From a virus: a stretch of DNA of 64,000 nt. The stretch lies in IMG/VR virus record IMGVR_UViG_3300035694_000001, positions 1 to 64,000 of that record, one strand, 5' to 3'. Shown here piece after piece: positions 37,126 through 45,707 of the stretch (positions are counted from its first letter, which is position 1; every line of letters starts with the position of its first letter). Under the pieces are notes generated by a model, which saw only the letters and a list, made by a program, of their open reading frames with translations, did not search any database and had not been told where the DNA came from. A program made the translations under genes and the position numbers.

Positions 37126-37148
37126 GCGCCACATGCTAGAATCCGAGC

Positions 37149-37451
37149 ATGACGAAACCCTTACTTACGCACACGAGCGCCGAGGTGGCGCGGGTGTTTA
37201 TCCAAGCACCTGATAAAGAATACTATGGCGTGGAGATTTGCCACTGCTCTGGCATCGCCCCCGGCACGGTGTACCCCATGCTTGACGAGTGGGGTTCGCG
37301 CGGTTGGCTGACCAACCGGCAGGAATCCCAGGCCGACGCGCGCCAACGCAAGGCCCAGGGACCGCTGCGCCGATACTGGAAACTCACCCCAGAAGGGCGT
37401 ACCGAGTTAACCAACTACGTGCATCGTTGGGATTCCCGTGCAGCTCGGTAA
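37149..37451 (+). CDS. PadR-family transcriptional regulator
   Basis: YGVEI...SGIAPGTVYPML......GWL...RRYWKLTPEG. Confidence 0.88.
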   Translation: MTKPLLTHTSAEVARVFIQAPDKEYYGVEICHCSGIAPGTVYPMLDEWGSRGWLTNRQESQADARQRKAQGPLRRYWKLTPEGRTELTNYVHRWDSRAAR

Positions 37452-38007
37452 AGCTCTGGGGTTTGCTCTCGTTGTCACGCTCACTGCGTGCGGCTCAGCC
37501 CATCCCCACTCCCCGATAACTTTGCCCCTGGCCTCGACATCGGTTTCTGATAAACCATGTCACGCCCGGCATGTCAACGAAGCCGATCCGCAAGCCTGGC
37601 TGCCTGATGCCTCGTGCACACCGGGGGCCACCAATCCGGCCGTCACCCTCGGCCAGCTGTGCCCTGTGGCGCACACGAAGCAGTGGCGACCGCCGGCCCG
37701 CTACACAAGCAAGCTCAAAGCCGCCCAGCTGGCTACCAAGTATGACTACGTGGACAGCACGGGAACACACCCCATGACCGCAGTTGGCACTGAAGAAGAC
37801 CATCTCATTTCGCTAGAATTGGGCGGCTCCCCGACTTCAGTTTTGAATCTATGGCCAGAACCGCACGCATCTCTGAATGAGAAAGACAAGGTGGAGAGCG
37901 CCGCGCACGCGGCCATCTGCACAGGCCGGCTCACCCTCCCCCAGGCTCAGCAGGGCATAGCCGCTAACTGGATCGAGTTAGGCAAACGCCTCAACGTGAA
38001 ATACTGA
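37438..38007 (+). CDS. Lipoprotein with HNH-like domain
   Basis: Lipobox LTAC; LPD..CTPGATNP; EEDHLISLELGGSP....NLWPEP...KDKVE. Confidence 0.7.
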   Translation: MQLGKALGFALVVTLTACGSAHPHSPITLPLASTSVSDKPCHARHVNEADPQAWLPDASCTPGATNPAVTLGQLCPVAHTKQWRPPARYTSKLKAAQLATKYDYVDSTGTHPMTAVGTEEDHLISLELGGSPTSVLNLWPEPHASLNEKDKVESAAHAAICTGRLTLPQAQQGIAANWIELGKRLNVKY

Positions 38008-38127
38008 GCACTCAGTGTAACTAGCTCTGTGACAACGGGTGAGTAGATCTTCCCTTATGGATGACAGCTCTAAAAACCCGTGGCACACTAAATCCATGAT
38101 GCACGTGCATATGGGCGTTGAGATCGG

Positions 38128-38316
38128 ATGATGGCACTCGTGCTGCAGCTCACCGACACGCAGGGCTGGGAGCATGTAGTGACTGACGAAACGATGCAGC
38201 TCGGCCGGCACACCGGCCACTACGTCACCCTCTGCGGAGCCACCGTGGAAGCGGCGAGCATGGCGGCCCCGCCAGGGCGACCATGCTCCGCGTGCCGGGC
38301 GTCTCCGCTGCGGTAA
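38128..38316 (+). CDS. Small Zn-finger protein
   Basis: EHVVTDE....G...G.Y..LCG..V..ASM..PPG.PC..C. Confidence 0.6.
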   Translation: MMALVLQLTDTQGWEHVVTDETMQLGRHTGHYVTLCGATVEAASMAAPPGRPCSACRASPLR

Positions 38317-38431
38317 CATGAAGAAGTGCTGCGCGGCTACGCAGCACAGTTCCTCTCTCGGCCAGCTAAGCCGGCTCAGCACCTTCGGGTGTTGGGCCGG
38401 CTTTTCGTGCGTCTGGGATACTCTCTGGCCG

Positions 38432-38737
38432 ATGAAGCACCGTACCTACCGGCGCCGAGGGTGGCTGGTCTGCCCCTCCCTCGGCATGCCCACCACAGGC
38501 CTCAGCAACGTACGTGAGTGCGAGAACTGCGGGGCGCAGGTCTTGACCGCTGTAGGCAGCTGCACGGCCCTGGTGGATGCCGGCACGCTCGATCCGCAGT
38601 GCCTCGACTGCTGGCTTGACGCTGGAGGCAAACCACTGGGCATGCACCCGAATGTAGAGGCCGAGCTTGATGCCCTCGGCCTCTTAGCCCAAGGCAGGCA
38701 GCGCCTTAGTGAGATCAACACGAAACTAGAAGAGTAG
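38432..38737 (+). CDS. Hypothetical Cys protein
   Basis: MKHRTYRR...CENC...CLDC. Confidence 0.45.
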   Translation: MKHRTYRRRGWLVCPSLGMPTTGLSNVRECENCGAQVLTAVGSCTALVDAGTLDPQCLDCWLDAGGKPLGMHPNVEAELDALGLLAQGRQRLSEINTKLEE

Positions 38738-39031
38738 CTAGGGCAGCACTCGGGTATCAGTGCGATCAATACCATACTCCCACGCATCCGACCAGTCATC
38801 AGGGCAGTGCCTGCAGGCGGGGTTGCTGCATACCCAGCCGTCCGCAGTGCGTTCCCAAGTTGCAGAAGCGCCGTGGAAGTACTTAGTGCCGATTGGCGGC
38901 TCAGGCGGAAGAGTAGTGTAATCACGATGCCAAGCTTTATTGGCAATTTCTAAAAGAAGGTTTTTCAGCCGCTGGGCCTCTTTAGCCCAGTACTCGGCTT
39001 CTTCTCGGTAAAAATCTTCGTTGCTTGTCAT
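38738..39031 (-). CDS. Hypothetical protein
   Basis: MTSNEDFY... coupled to the DUF3307 gene. Confidence 0.55.
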   Translation of the reverse strand: MTSNEDFYREEAEYWAKEAQRLKNLLLEIANKAWHRDYTTLPPEPPIGTKYFHGASATWERTADGWVCSNPACRHCPDDWSDAWEYGIDRTDTRVLP

Positions 39032-39486
39032 AGCACCACCATCACGATAGTAGTTACGAAAATCCAAAACCAGTGCCACGATTGATCGAGCGCGTAGGCG
39101 CCCGTGCCAAGGGTAGAGTTATCGTCTTTGTTAAGGCGAGGTTGACCGAGGTGGTAGAACTTGTCTTTACCTAGGCGCTCACAAAATCTCGCCAATGTGA
39201 AACGTCTGTCAGCCCAGTAATGACTAGCGGCGGATACCAGCAGGCCGAGGGCGATACCCTCAGGGTTGAGCGGTAGCCGGAAGATGAACATCAAAGCGAG
39301 AACAAATACAAGCAACGTAGCTGTGTAGCTCGCTACGTGAGCCGCACATGCTCGCCGGCCTGGCCAGCCCGGTAGGCCCTTGTTGCGTGCCTGAGCGTCT
39401 GTCTGCACCCAGTGGTCAGCAACGGTGTGCGCAACCAGCAGACCAAATCCTAGAAGCCCGGCAGCTTCGATAACGTCGGTTGCCAT
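39028..39486 (-). CDS. DUF3307-family membrane protein
   Basis: AHTVADHWVQT..QA..K, HVASY, SHYWADRR, LDQSWH. Confidence 0.85.
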   Translation of the reverse strand: MATDVIEAAGLLGFGLLVAHTVADHWVQTDAQARNKGLPGWPGRRACAAHVASYTATLLVFVLALMFIFRLPLNPEGIALGLLVSAASHYWADRRFTLARFCERLGKDKFYHLGQPRLNKDDNSTLGTGAYALDQSWHWFWIFVTTIVMVVL

Positions 39487-39628
39487 GGTGCTCCTCTCAC
39501 CTCCTTAATCCAGCCAAGTAAAACCCGGCTCAGCTCGGTTTGCCAAACTTCTGGGAGATCTTCGATTGAAGTGTCGCCGGCAAGTATGTCCAAGTACTGG
39601 TCATCTGCGTTGATGTTGGATAAGTTCG

Positions 39629-40123
39629 TCATACTCTCGTATCGTCTACAGGCTCCCCAGCGTTACGCATAATCTCTTCCAACCCCCGGATAGCTCGACT
39701 ACAAGCAGCTGCCTGAGCTTCCGCCACGCCCTTGCTTATTGAGCCGCTTGCTGCCCGATGAAAACAATCACGATTGCTTCGTAGTGTCGTCAAAATTCCA
39801 CGCCACACACCAAGGTCTGCTGTAGTAGCTAGACGTTGTTTGTAGGGCTCTTCCGATGTTTCGCCACGGTAGACAGTAGCCGCGTCAAGCACCACTTCAG
39901 CAATCTCTGCGTACTCGGTGCCTTGCCGCGCGAATCGTGGTCTATCTGAGCCATCTCCGTCATTCCAGCTTTGGAGTCGTGCGGCAGCTACCTTAACCAC
40001 TTCTGGCGTGCCAGCCATCACCTCGGCCAGCAAATCAACGAAACGATCGGCGTTGAAAAACTCGTTTTCAACGAGATAAGTAAGAAGTTTCTTCGCTTCG
40101 ATTCGGCGTACCGGGTTTAGCAT
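39629..40123 (-). CDS. Hypothetical protein
   Basis: Coupled leftward ORF. Confidence 0.55.
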   Translation of the reverse strand: MLNPVRRIEAKKLLTYLVENEFFNADRFVDLLAEVMAGTPEVVKVAAARLQSWNDGDGSDRPRFARQGTEYAEIAEVVLDAATVYRGETSEEPYKQRLATTADLGVWRGILTTLRSNRDCFHRAASGSISKGVAEAQAAACSRAIRGLEEIMRNAGEPVDDTRV

Positions 40124-40489
40124 CTAGTCTTCTCCGTCTCCTTTGTGTCCCTTGCACATGTCTTTGCACTCCCCGCACTCGGGGCATGGGCCTGGGCACT
40201 CCTTGACGCACCGGCCGCACTGGTTGCAGGTGCGGTGTCCTTGATCCCAGCAGATGCCGCAGATCCGACACCACCCAGGGCAGCACGGTGCGCCGTCTTG
40301 GTGGCTGGCCGGCACGCGGTCTTGACCCTCGGCCGTGGCGCGCCTGCAGCGGCCGTGCAGGGCCCCAGGAGGTACCCGGTGCCAGCAGCCCCGGCACTTC
40401 GGCCACTCGTTGATCCGGCCGCTCTTGCCGCCGAGCTGTCCGGTCGGCGCGCCGCCAATTGGCGGGGGCTTACGACGGAAGGGCCACAT
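40124..40489 (-). CDS. Cys-rich protein with MWPF N-terminus
   Basis: 15 Cys in CxxC clusters. Confidence 0.6.
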   Translation of the reverse strand: MWPFRRKPPPIGGAPTGQLGGKSGRINEWPKCRGCWHRVPPGALHGRCRRATAEGQDRVPASHQDGAPCCPGWCRICGICWDQGHRTCNQCGRCVKECPGPCPECGECKDMCKGHKGDGED

Positions 40490-40643
40490 GACTAACCTTC
40501 GTCAAATTCGACAATAACAGCCCTATTGTCATCATCAAACTTGACATAATCCAGTTCTTCGTCATCGATGCTCTTTACCGGGTGGTCACCGTACTTCGTT
40601 ACAAGCTCAGACAGTTGGTTGATTACCTCGGAAGCGTACATGA

Positions 40644-40853
40644 TCAGACCCCGGCATTCCTCGGCTGCGACTGTGGCGACAATGAGCTCACAGTCTCCCA
40701 AACCTCTTTGACCCGCACCGGGTGTCCGGTGTCGCGCACATGCTCATCACATTCACTGAAATCTTTAGGTGCCCAATCGCACCCCTCGGTGAGACATTTA
40801 GCGGTAGTGAGCGTACGGTTCTTTGTTTTATTGACGATGATGTGCTTTTCCAT
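40644..40853 (-). CDS. Small Zn-binding protein
   Basis: GAGGA RBS; C...C.W...H...TGH. Confidence 0.55.
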   Translation of the reverse strand: MEKHIIVNKTKNRTLTTAKCLTEGCDWAPKDFSECDEHVRDTGHPVRVKEVWETVSSLSPQSQPRNAGV

Positions 40854-41692
40854 GTTTTAGTCCTCATATCTTTTGTTAGTGATGTGTACCCCGTGTCTAC
40901 TTCATCCACACTATTTCCCCCACTTGTTGATAATTACTGCTGCGATGATTGCGGCGAGACCAGCCCAGCCTACTGCAATGAACATAAACTCAATGAAGCG
41001 AGCATTGATCACTCAGCCCACAACCATTCGGACACCACAGCAACGATTCGCTCAACCTCCTCTGGCAGTGGCTTGGCCCATCCACCAGGGGTCGAGATCA
41101 CATCAGCATCTAGCAGTTTGCCGCGCAGAATCAAACGAGCTTTGGCTCGTGCTTCCTCAACGGAACCAGCTGTCTCGCTGCTCATAGCCTGTGGCTCATA
41201 CGGAATCCAAAGGGTCCGGGCAGACTGAGATAGCAACGGTGCAGGAACGAGCGGTGCCGGGTAGACCGGCGATAGCGGTGCCCTGAGAAGAGCAGGTGCA
41301 CCAAGAAATAGATGATACCGAGGATGATCAGCATGTGGAGCATGGCAGCTTAGACCTTTCTCTCTCAAAATCGGATGCGTGAGCACTGCATAAAGGAACA
41401 TCGTAGATGATTTCGCCTGCCTCGATTGGCCGGGTAGTAACAGCCAGATCGAGGCATCGGCCCATACCGCGCCAGCGATGGGCGCATTGCCCGTTAACCA
41501 GAGACTGCATCAATTCCTGCTTCCTGGCCTCCACCAACAGCCCGGCACCGCGTCTACCTGCGTGTCATTCCGGTCAAGATGATCCTGTGACACTGGCGCC
41601 TCAGTCACCCCCCGATCGTTAAACTCATCTTTCTTTTCCCAATCACGGGTCTCTCCGAATCCAAACATTATTGCAGTCCTTTCTAGGCTCTA

Positions 41693-41956
41693 TCAGAGCC
41701 AACCAAACCTATCGGTTTTAGGGTCATAGTGCTCTGTGTCTGGCTCATCTACAGGCCAGCTGGACTTACCTTCTATGCCAGTAACGCTGCAGTGCTCTTC
41801 TCCATCTGGGATGTTTGTGGCGCTCACTTCGGCGTAGTGCTGAGTGCAGAGGTAGATGGGTCGGCTGTTGGAATGCGGGTTGTAAAGTTTGGTGCCCGGC
41901 TGGTCACAGGGTAAAGCGCACGGGCCGAAGATCGTAAACAGCAACCAAGCCCACAT
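41693..41956 (-). CDS. Hypothetical protein
   Basis: GGGAG RBS. Confidence 0.5.
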   Translation of the reverse strand: MWAWLLFTIFGPCALPCDQPGTKLYNPHSNSRPIYLCTQHYAEVSATNIPDGEEHCSVTGIEGKSSWPVDEPDTEHYDPKTDRFGWL

Positions 41957-42167
41957 GATAGCTCCCTTCAGGAGTTGCGGATGGCGTCGGCGAGGTCAAG
42001 CATGGCATGTGCCTTAGCCGCTTCAACACGCAAATGGTAAGATGTGCCATGGCTGAATAAACCCATACTGGCGAGTAGCTCTTGAGCTTTCAGCCCATCG
42101 GCCGAGGGCGGCGCCAGCTCGTTGGCCGAGGAATCTACGATTGGCATGTCAGGCATTGCATGTCTCC

Positions 42168-42458
42168 TTAATCCCAGCCCGGCATGCCGGGCTCTGCGTA
42201 GTGATGCGGGCCTGAGCACAGCAACCCAGACATCCCGTGCTCACAAGTTGGGTACAACAGATCAAAAGTAACCGGGTGGCGCTCAGGGTCAACGGTGGGC
42301 TGCTTTTCGCTCCAATCCCACATAGCGCAGTAAGTCTTGCGCTCCCAGAAAGCAGCGGCGTTCGCATCGATCTCAGCATCGGTGCCTGTGAAGACTGCTT
42401 TGTAGGACCGACGTTGATCGCAAATATGAACTTCGAGCACTACCCGCTGCGCCTTCAC
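42168..42458 (-). CDS. Hypothetical protein
   Basis: AAGGAG RBS before GTG; YPTCEHGMS..LC.GP.HY. Confidence 0.6.
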   Translation of the reverse strand: MKAQRVVLEVHICDQRRSYKAVFTGTDAEIDANAAAFWERKTYCAMWDWSEKQPTVDPERHPVTFDLLYPTCEHGMSGLLCSGPHHYAEPGMPGWD

Positions 42459-42483
42459 GGCTACTCCTTGTCTAGTCATAATT

Positions 42484-42680
42484 GGGGCCGCGTCGGTGGC
42501 ACTGCTTACCAGTCCTGCCAGTTCCTTTTAATTCCGATATTTATTTCGCGCGGCCCACTGTTTAGTTTTGGTTTGGGGTGTCGCGTCGGTGGCCTGCTAT
42601 GCCAGCCTGTGTTCCGGGTTATCCGATATTCCCGGCTGAGTGTCGGTTATTCGCGCGACTCAACTATTTAGTTTTGGTTT
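42484..42680. ncRNA. Tandem pair of related structured non-coding elements (about 91 and 106 nt)
   Basis: Both units: closing stem, GCGTCGGTGGC..CTGCT..CCAG.CCTG..GTTCC..TCCGATATT..TTCGCGCG..TTTAGTTTTGGTTT; closing stems covary. Confidence 0.6.
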
Positions 42681-42942
42681 ACACAGGGGTGTAGGCCCTG
42701 TCGTTAACTATGGTGACGCCGTGCTCATCGCACTTTGTGCAGATGTCTGGATCACTATAGGCTAGCGTCGTATCACAGCCGAGGCAGGCCTTGCGAGCTA
42801 CACGCCCAGTATGGGAGTCGTAAGGTGTTCCACAATTCCGACAAAACCACGGGCCGTAGAGAGCCGAGTCAGGAGGGCGGTGCAATCCCGCCGCGCAGCA
42901 CGGTGACTCTTGATCGGAGTATTCTGGCATTTCGATCAACAT
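42679..42942 (-). CDS. Cys-rich hypothetical protein
   Basis: GAGGGAG RBS; several CxxC motifs. Confidence 0.55.
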   Translation of the reverse strand: MLIEMPEYSDQESPCCAAGLHRPPDSALYGPWFCRNCGTPYDSHTGRVARKACLGCDTTLAYSDPDICTKCDEHGVTIVNDRAYTPV

Positions 42943-42983
42943 CTTTGACGCTCCCTCGGTAGCTCTTGTGCTGCTGTCGACCT

Positions 42984-43023
42984 GTATATAGGAATCTAGC
43001 ATCCTAGCGTTACAGCTGTCAAG
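42984..43023 (-). promoter_or_regulatory. Leftward promoter TTGACA-18-TAGATT overlapping an operator variant
   Basis: Minus strand TTGACAGCTGTAACGCTAGGATGCTAGATTCCTATATAC. Confidence 0.75.
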
Positions 43024-43041
43024 CCCGGCAGGCTAGATTTT

Positions 43042-43257
43042 TTACAGCCTTACGAGCGGAGTGTGCAGCGAACGGTTGCGGCACCGCCCGCATTTCAGGA
43101 CGAGCCCGGCGTCCGTCGAGGACTGCACGTGCTGGCCGGTCCGATCATTGCAACGCCGGCAGGTGGCGGCTACATACTGCCCGATTTTGTAAGTACCTGA
43201 GTCAAAAAATCTAGGGGTGCCGGGCACAGTATTTTCAGTGATAATGATTTCTGGCAT
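43042..43257 (-). CDS. Small Zn-ribbon protein
   Basis: CRRC...CGRC; GGAGG RBS. Confidence 0.6.
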   Translation of the reverse strand: MPEIIITENTVPGTPRFFDSGTYKIGQYVAATCRRCNDRTGQHVQSSTDAGLVLKCGRCRNRSLHTPLVRL

Positions 43258-43260
43258 TTC

Positions 43261-43401
43261 TCAGCCCTCCTTGGCGAGGATCTCGGCGCACTCCGGTTGT
43301 TCGATCAGCTTGCGGGCCCATGTGGCAGCTTCTTTGTCCTTGCCGCAATTTTTGAAGGCGATTGCCTTGGCGAGCGAGCGGTTGATCTCCTGCCGGTCCA
43401 T
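43261..43401 (-). CDS. Small hypothetical protein (46 aa)
   Basis: AGGAGG RBS; MDRQEINRSLAKAIAFKNCGK... Confidence 0.6.
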   Translation of the reverse strand: MDRQEINRSLAKAIAFKNCGKDKEAATWARKLIEQPECAEILAKEG

Positions 43402-43430
43402 GTGGGGCCTCCTGGCCTCGGCGACTGCTT

Positions 43431-43478
43431 GCTATATAGGAACCTAGCAACCTTCGGCCAACCTGTCAAGCTCGACAG
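43431..43478 (-). promoter_or_regulatory. Leftward promoter TTGACA-17-TAGGTT with 16-bp operator over the -35
   Basis: CTGTCAAGCTCGACAG at 43463-43478. Confidence 0.75.
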
Positions 43479-43543
43479 TCTCAGAACATGGAAGAGGGCG
43501 GCACCCCCGCGTCTGGGCACCGCCCTCTAGGCCTCCGAGCTAC

Positions 43544-43945
43544 TTACGCGGCGAGGTGGGCCAGCAGCTCAGGATTCTGCATCCGCCACGCCGAGATGGC
43601 TACCTCAGGTAGCCGACCGCGCTTGGCCAGCGCGTGGCCGTTCGCCTCGGCGTAGGCCCGGACTTCCTGTCGCTGCTCCTTCGTCAGACCTGAGCCGCCA
43701 GCCTCAACGGCAGCCGGGGCACTGGCGGGCTTGTTAGCCGAGCCCTTCGGCCGGCCGCGCTTGACCGCCCCAGCCGCCTTCCGGCCCTTCTCGAAGTAGA
43801 CGCCGAGAGCGTCTCGCAGCTCACCATGCTCAGCCTCGGTGAGGTCGATCTCGATAGCCGAGCCATCGAAGCTCAGCGTCACGCCGTGTGCGTCGGGGGC
43901 ATCGCTTAGGTCACTCAGGATGTCTACGGTTACCTTCTGCGCCAT
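43544..43945 (-). CDS. lsr2: Lsr2-family nucleoid-associated protein
   Basis: MAQKVTV..L.DL...V.LSFDG...EIDLT......LR.AL..Y...GRK; VRAYA..NG.....RGRLP. Confidence 0.92.
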   Translation of the reverse strand: MAQKVTVDILSDLSDAPDAHGVTLSFDGSAIEIDLTEAEHGELRDALGVYFEKGRKAAGAVKRGRPKGSANKPASAPAAVEAGGSGLTKEQRQEVRAYAEANGHALAKRGRLPEVAISAWRMQNPELLAHLAA

Positions 43946-44238
43946 GGGTGTTTGTCTCCTTTGTGAGTCGGATTTTTCTGATAAAGCCGTTGATACACCT
44001 AATAATATATTCTTGTCAACTCGCAAGGCGGCCCGCGCGGTGTCTAGTTTCTTGCTCGGCCTCTGGGTTTCCTTAGCCGCTATCGCGTTTCTGCTGGCAG
44101 GGACCTTGACGCTAGGCTTCTTGGGCCTAGCGCTAGCCCTTGGCCTCGCTGCCGCCGGTCGGGTGATCTGGCGGCGAAGCTGGTAGCCTAGCTGTACCGA
44201 TCCCTACGAGGCCGGTGCGGTGCCTGACAACACCAGAC

Positions 44239-44283
44239 AGAGCAGGGCCCCTAGGTACTCCGACCTGGGGGCCCTGCTCTTTG
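44239..44283. terminator. Intrinsic terminator hairpin
   Basis: AGAGCAGGGCCCC...GGGGCCCTGCTCTTT between convergent genes. Confidence 0.7.
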
Positions 44284-44288
44284 CTGTC

Positions 44289-44594
44289 TTACTCTCTCTC
44301 AGGCAGAGCTACCGGTCCTTCCTCAGGCAGGTGCGCCTTGCGCCATGCCTGATTTTTCGTCTTGCCGACCGCTGCGCCGACGCGCGCCCAGACATCTGAA
44401 TTTTGTGGTCGGTACTCCTGGTAGAGCCCGTGGTAAAGAGCCCTCAGCAGATACGGTGCTCGGGCTACAAGCTCTTCCAGGTTCGTCACAGCTTTGATCA
44501 AATCAGTTTCTCGATCATCACCTAACTCCCCTAGCACCTCACGCAGTGCATCGCTCTCCACGACGCCGTACGACACCACGTCTGGTCTGTCCAC
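44289..44594 (-). CDS. Small HTH protein divergent from the spd/traB operon (candidate repressor)
   Basis: C-terminal W.RVG.AVG.TK.QAW.K HTH-like segment. Confidence 0.55.
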   Translation of the reverse strand: MDRPDVVSYGVVESDALREVLGELGDDRETDLIKAVTNLEELVARAPYLLRALYHGLYQEYRPQNSDVWARVGAAVGKTKNQAWRKAHLPEEGPVALPERE

Positions 44595-44655
44595 TCGGTG
44601 CTTCTCCTATCTCCTGCAGGTTTGCATGGTCAGGGGCCCCAGTATGGCCTATCTA

Positions 44656-44685
44656 GTTGCAATTTCGCAACCGAAACTCTAGGCT
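44656..44685 (+). promoter_or_regulatory. Promoter TTGCAA-17-TAGGCT of the transfer operon, overlapped by inverted repeat GTTGC-N6-GCAAC
   Basis: Read directly from the sequence. Confidence 0.6.
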
Positions 44686-44816
44686 GTCGAGCACGGCGCC
44701 CTAGGGGGTGCCCGGCCAGTCGTCGGCCACGACAGGCCAGCCGCCTGGGATGTGCTCAGTCCCCGACCATCCCAGGCGGCGCCACCACAGGGGACAGGTA
44801 GGCAGGGCTGGTCTGG

Positions 44817-45707
44817 ATGACCACCGATCTCACGGCGTTGCAGCTCACCCGGCAAAAGGTCAATACCGGCATCTGGATTTGTGCTGCCCTAACCATGACT
44901 GCTTCGGCGATTTCGGGCGTTACGGCTTTTGTCTACCTGCAAAAAGACGGCTGGGGCATTGCTTCTGGGGCCATGACTGCCCTTGCGGTTGATGTCGCGC
45001 TGTGGGTGGCCTTGACCGGTGACCGGTTGATGGAAGCTATCGGCATCCCTTCTGGCCCCTGGGCTCGGGTAGTGCGCTGGGGCACGGCCGCGATGTCGGT
45101 CACCCTCAACATCACAGCGGCGGCCGTGGCCAACATCCCGGTTACGCTCAAAGTCCCACTGATCATCCTGCACGCCTTCGTACCGCTGATCATGGTGTCG
45201 CTGGCCGAGCTGCGCGGCGAGTATGCACAGCAGCTGGCGCCCGTCGAACGCGCGGCTCTCGCAGAGATAGAGGCCCAGGAGCGAGCTGCTGATACCCCGA
45301 TCGTTGCGCCATCCGAGCGAATCTCGGCTACTAGCGACCAGCTCGAAGCTCTGGGGCCGGCACTCGAAAGATCACAACGTCCGTTGGATCTAGGGCCCGC
45401 AGTTCCAACGGTAACGCCGTTTGCTTATAGGTCTGAGCACGTCGACAACCAATTTGCTCGCCCACGCTCTGACCAGCGGAAACACACTCGATCTTCTCGA
45501 GGACAACGCCCTGACCTGCGGGTTTCCACGCCGACTGGCCAGCCGGCTGTGCGCCGCTCGAACGTGCGAGATGCCGCGTTCGCCTGGCTCGACGCTCACC
45601 ACAGCCCCGACACCACCGCACGGAAGCTCGCCGAGGCCCTCAACGGATCCGAACACACCTGCAAAAAGTTGCTCGGCGAATGGCGCCGGCAGAAGGCGGC
45701 ATCATGA
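44817..45707 (+). CDS. Spd/DUF2637-like multi-TM spread protein with C-terminal HTH
   Basis: 4 TM segments (ALAVDVAL...R..RW.T..MSV.LN...LHA..PL.MV.LAE), low-complexity linker, TARKLAEAL.GSE..CKKLL. Confidence 0.7.
   Translation: MTTDLTALQLTRQKVNTGIWICAALTMTASAISGVTAFVYLQKDGWGIASGAMTALAVDVALWVALTGDRLMEAIGIPSGPWARVVRWGTAAMSVTLNITAAAVANIPVTLKVPLIILHAFVPLIMVSLAELRGEYAQQLAPVERAALAEIEAQERAADTPIVAPSERISATSDQLEALGPALERSQRPLDLGPAVPTVTPFAYRSEHVDNQFARPRSDQRKHTRSSRGQRPDLRVSTPTGQPAVRRSNVRDAAFAWLDAHHSPDTTARKLAEALNGSEHTCKKLLGEWRRQKAAS

Noticed and set aside
42484-42680. CRISPR mini-array, SRP RNA or c-di-GMP riboswitch interpretation of the tandem units
   Set aside because: Only two diverged units with no repeat-spacer periodicity; the CAGG..AGCAG spacing is too short for SRP helix 8; the GCAAA motifs of c-di-GMP-I are absent.
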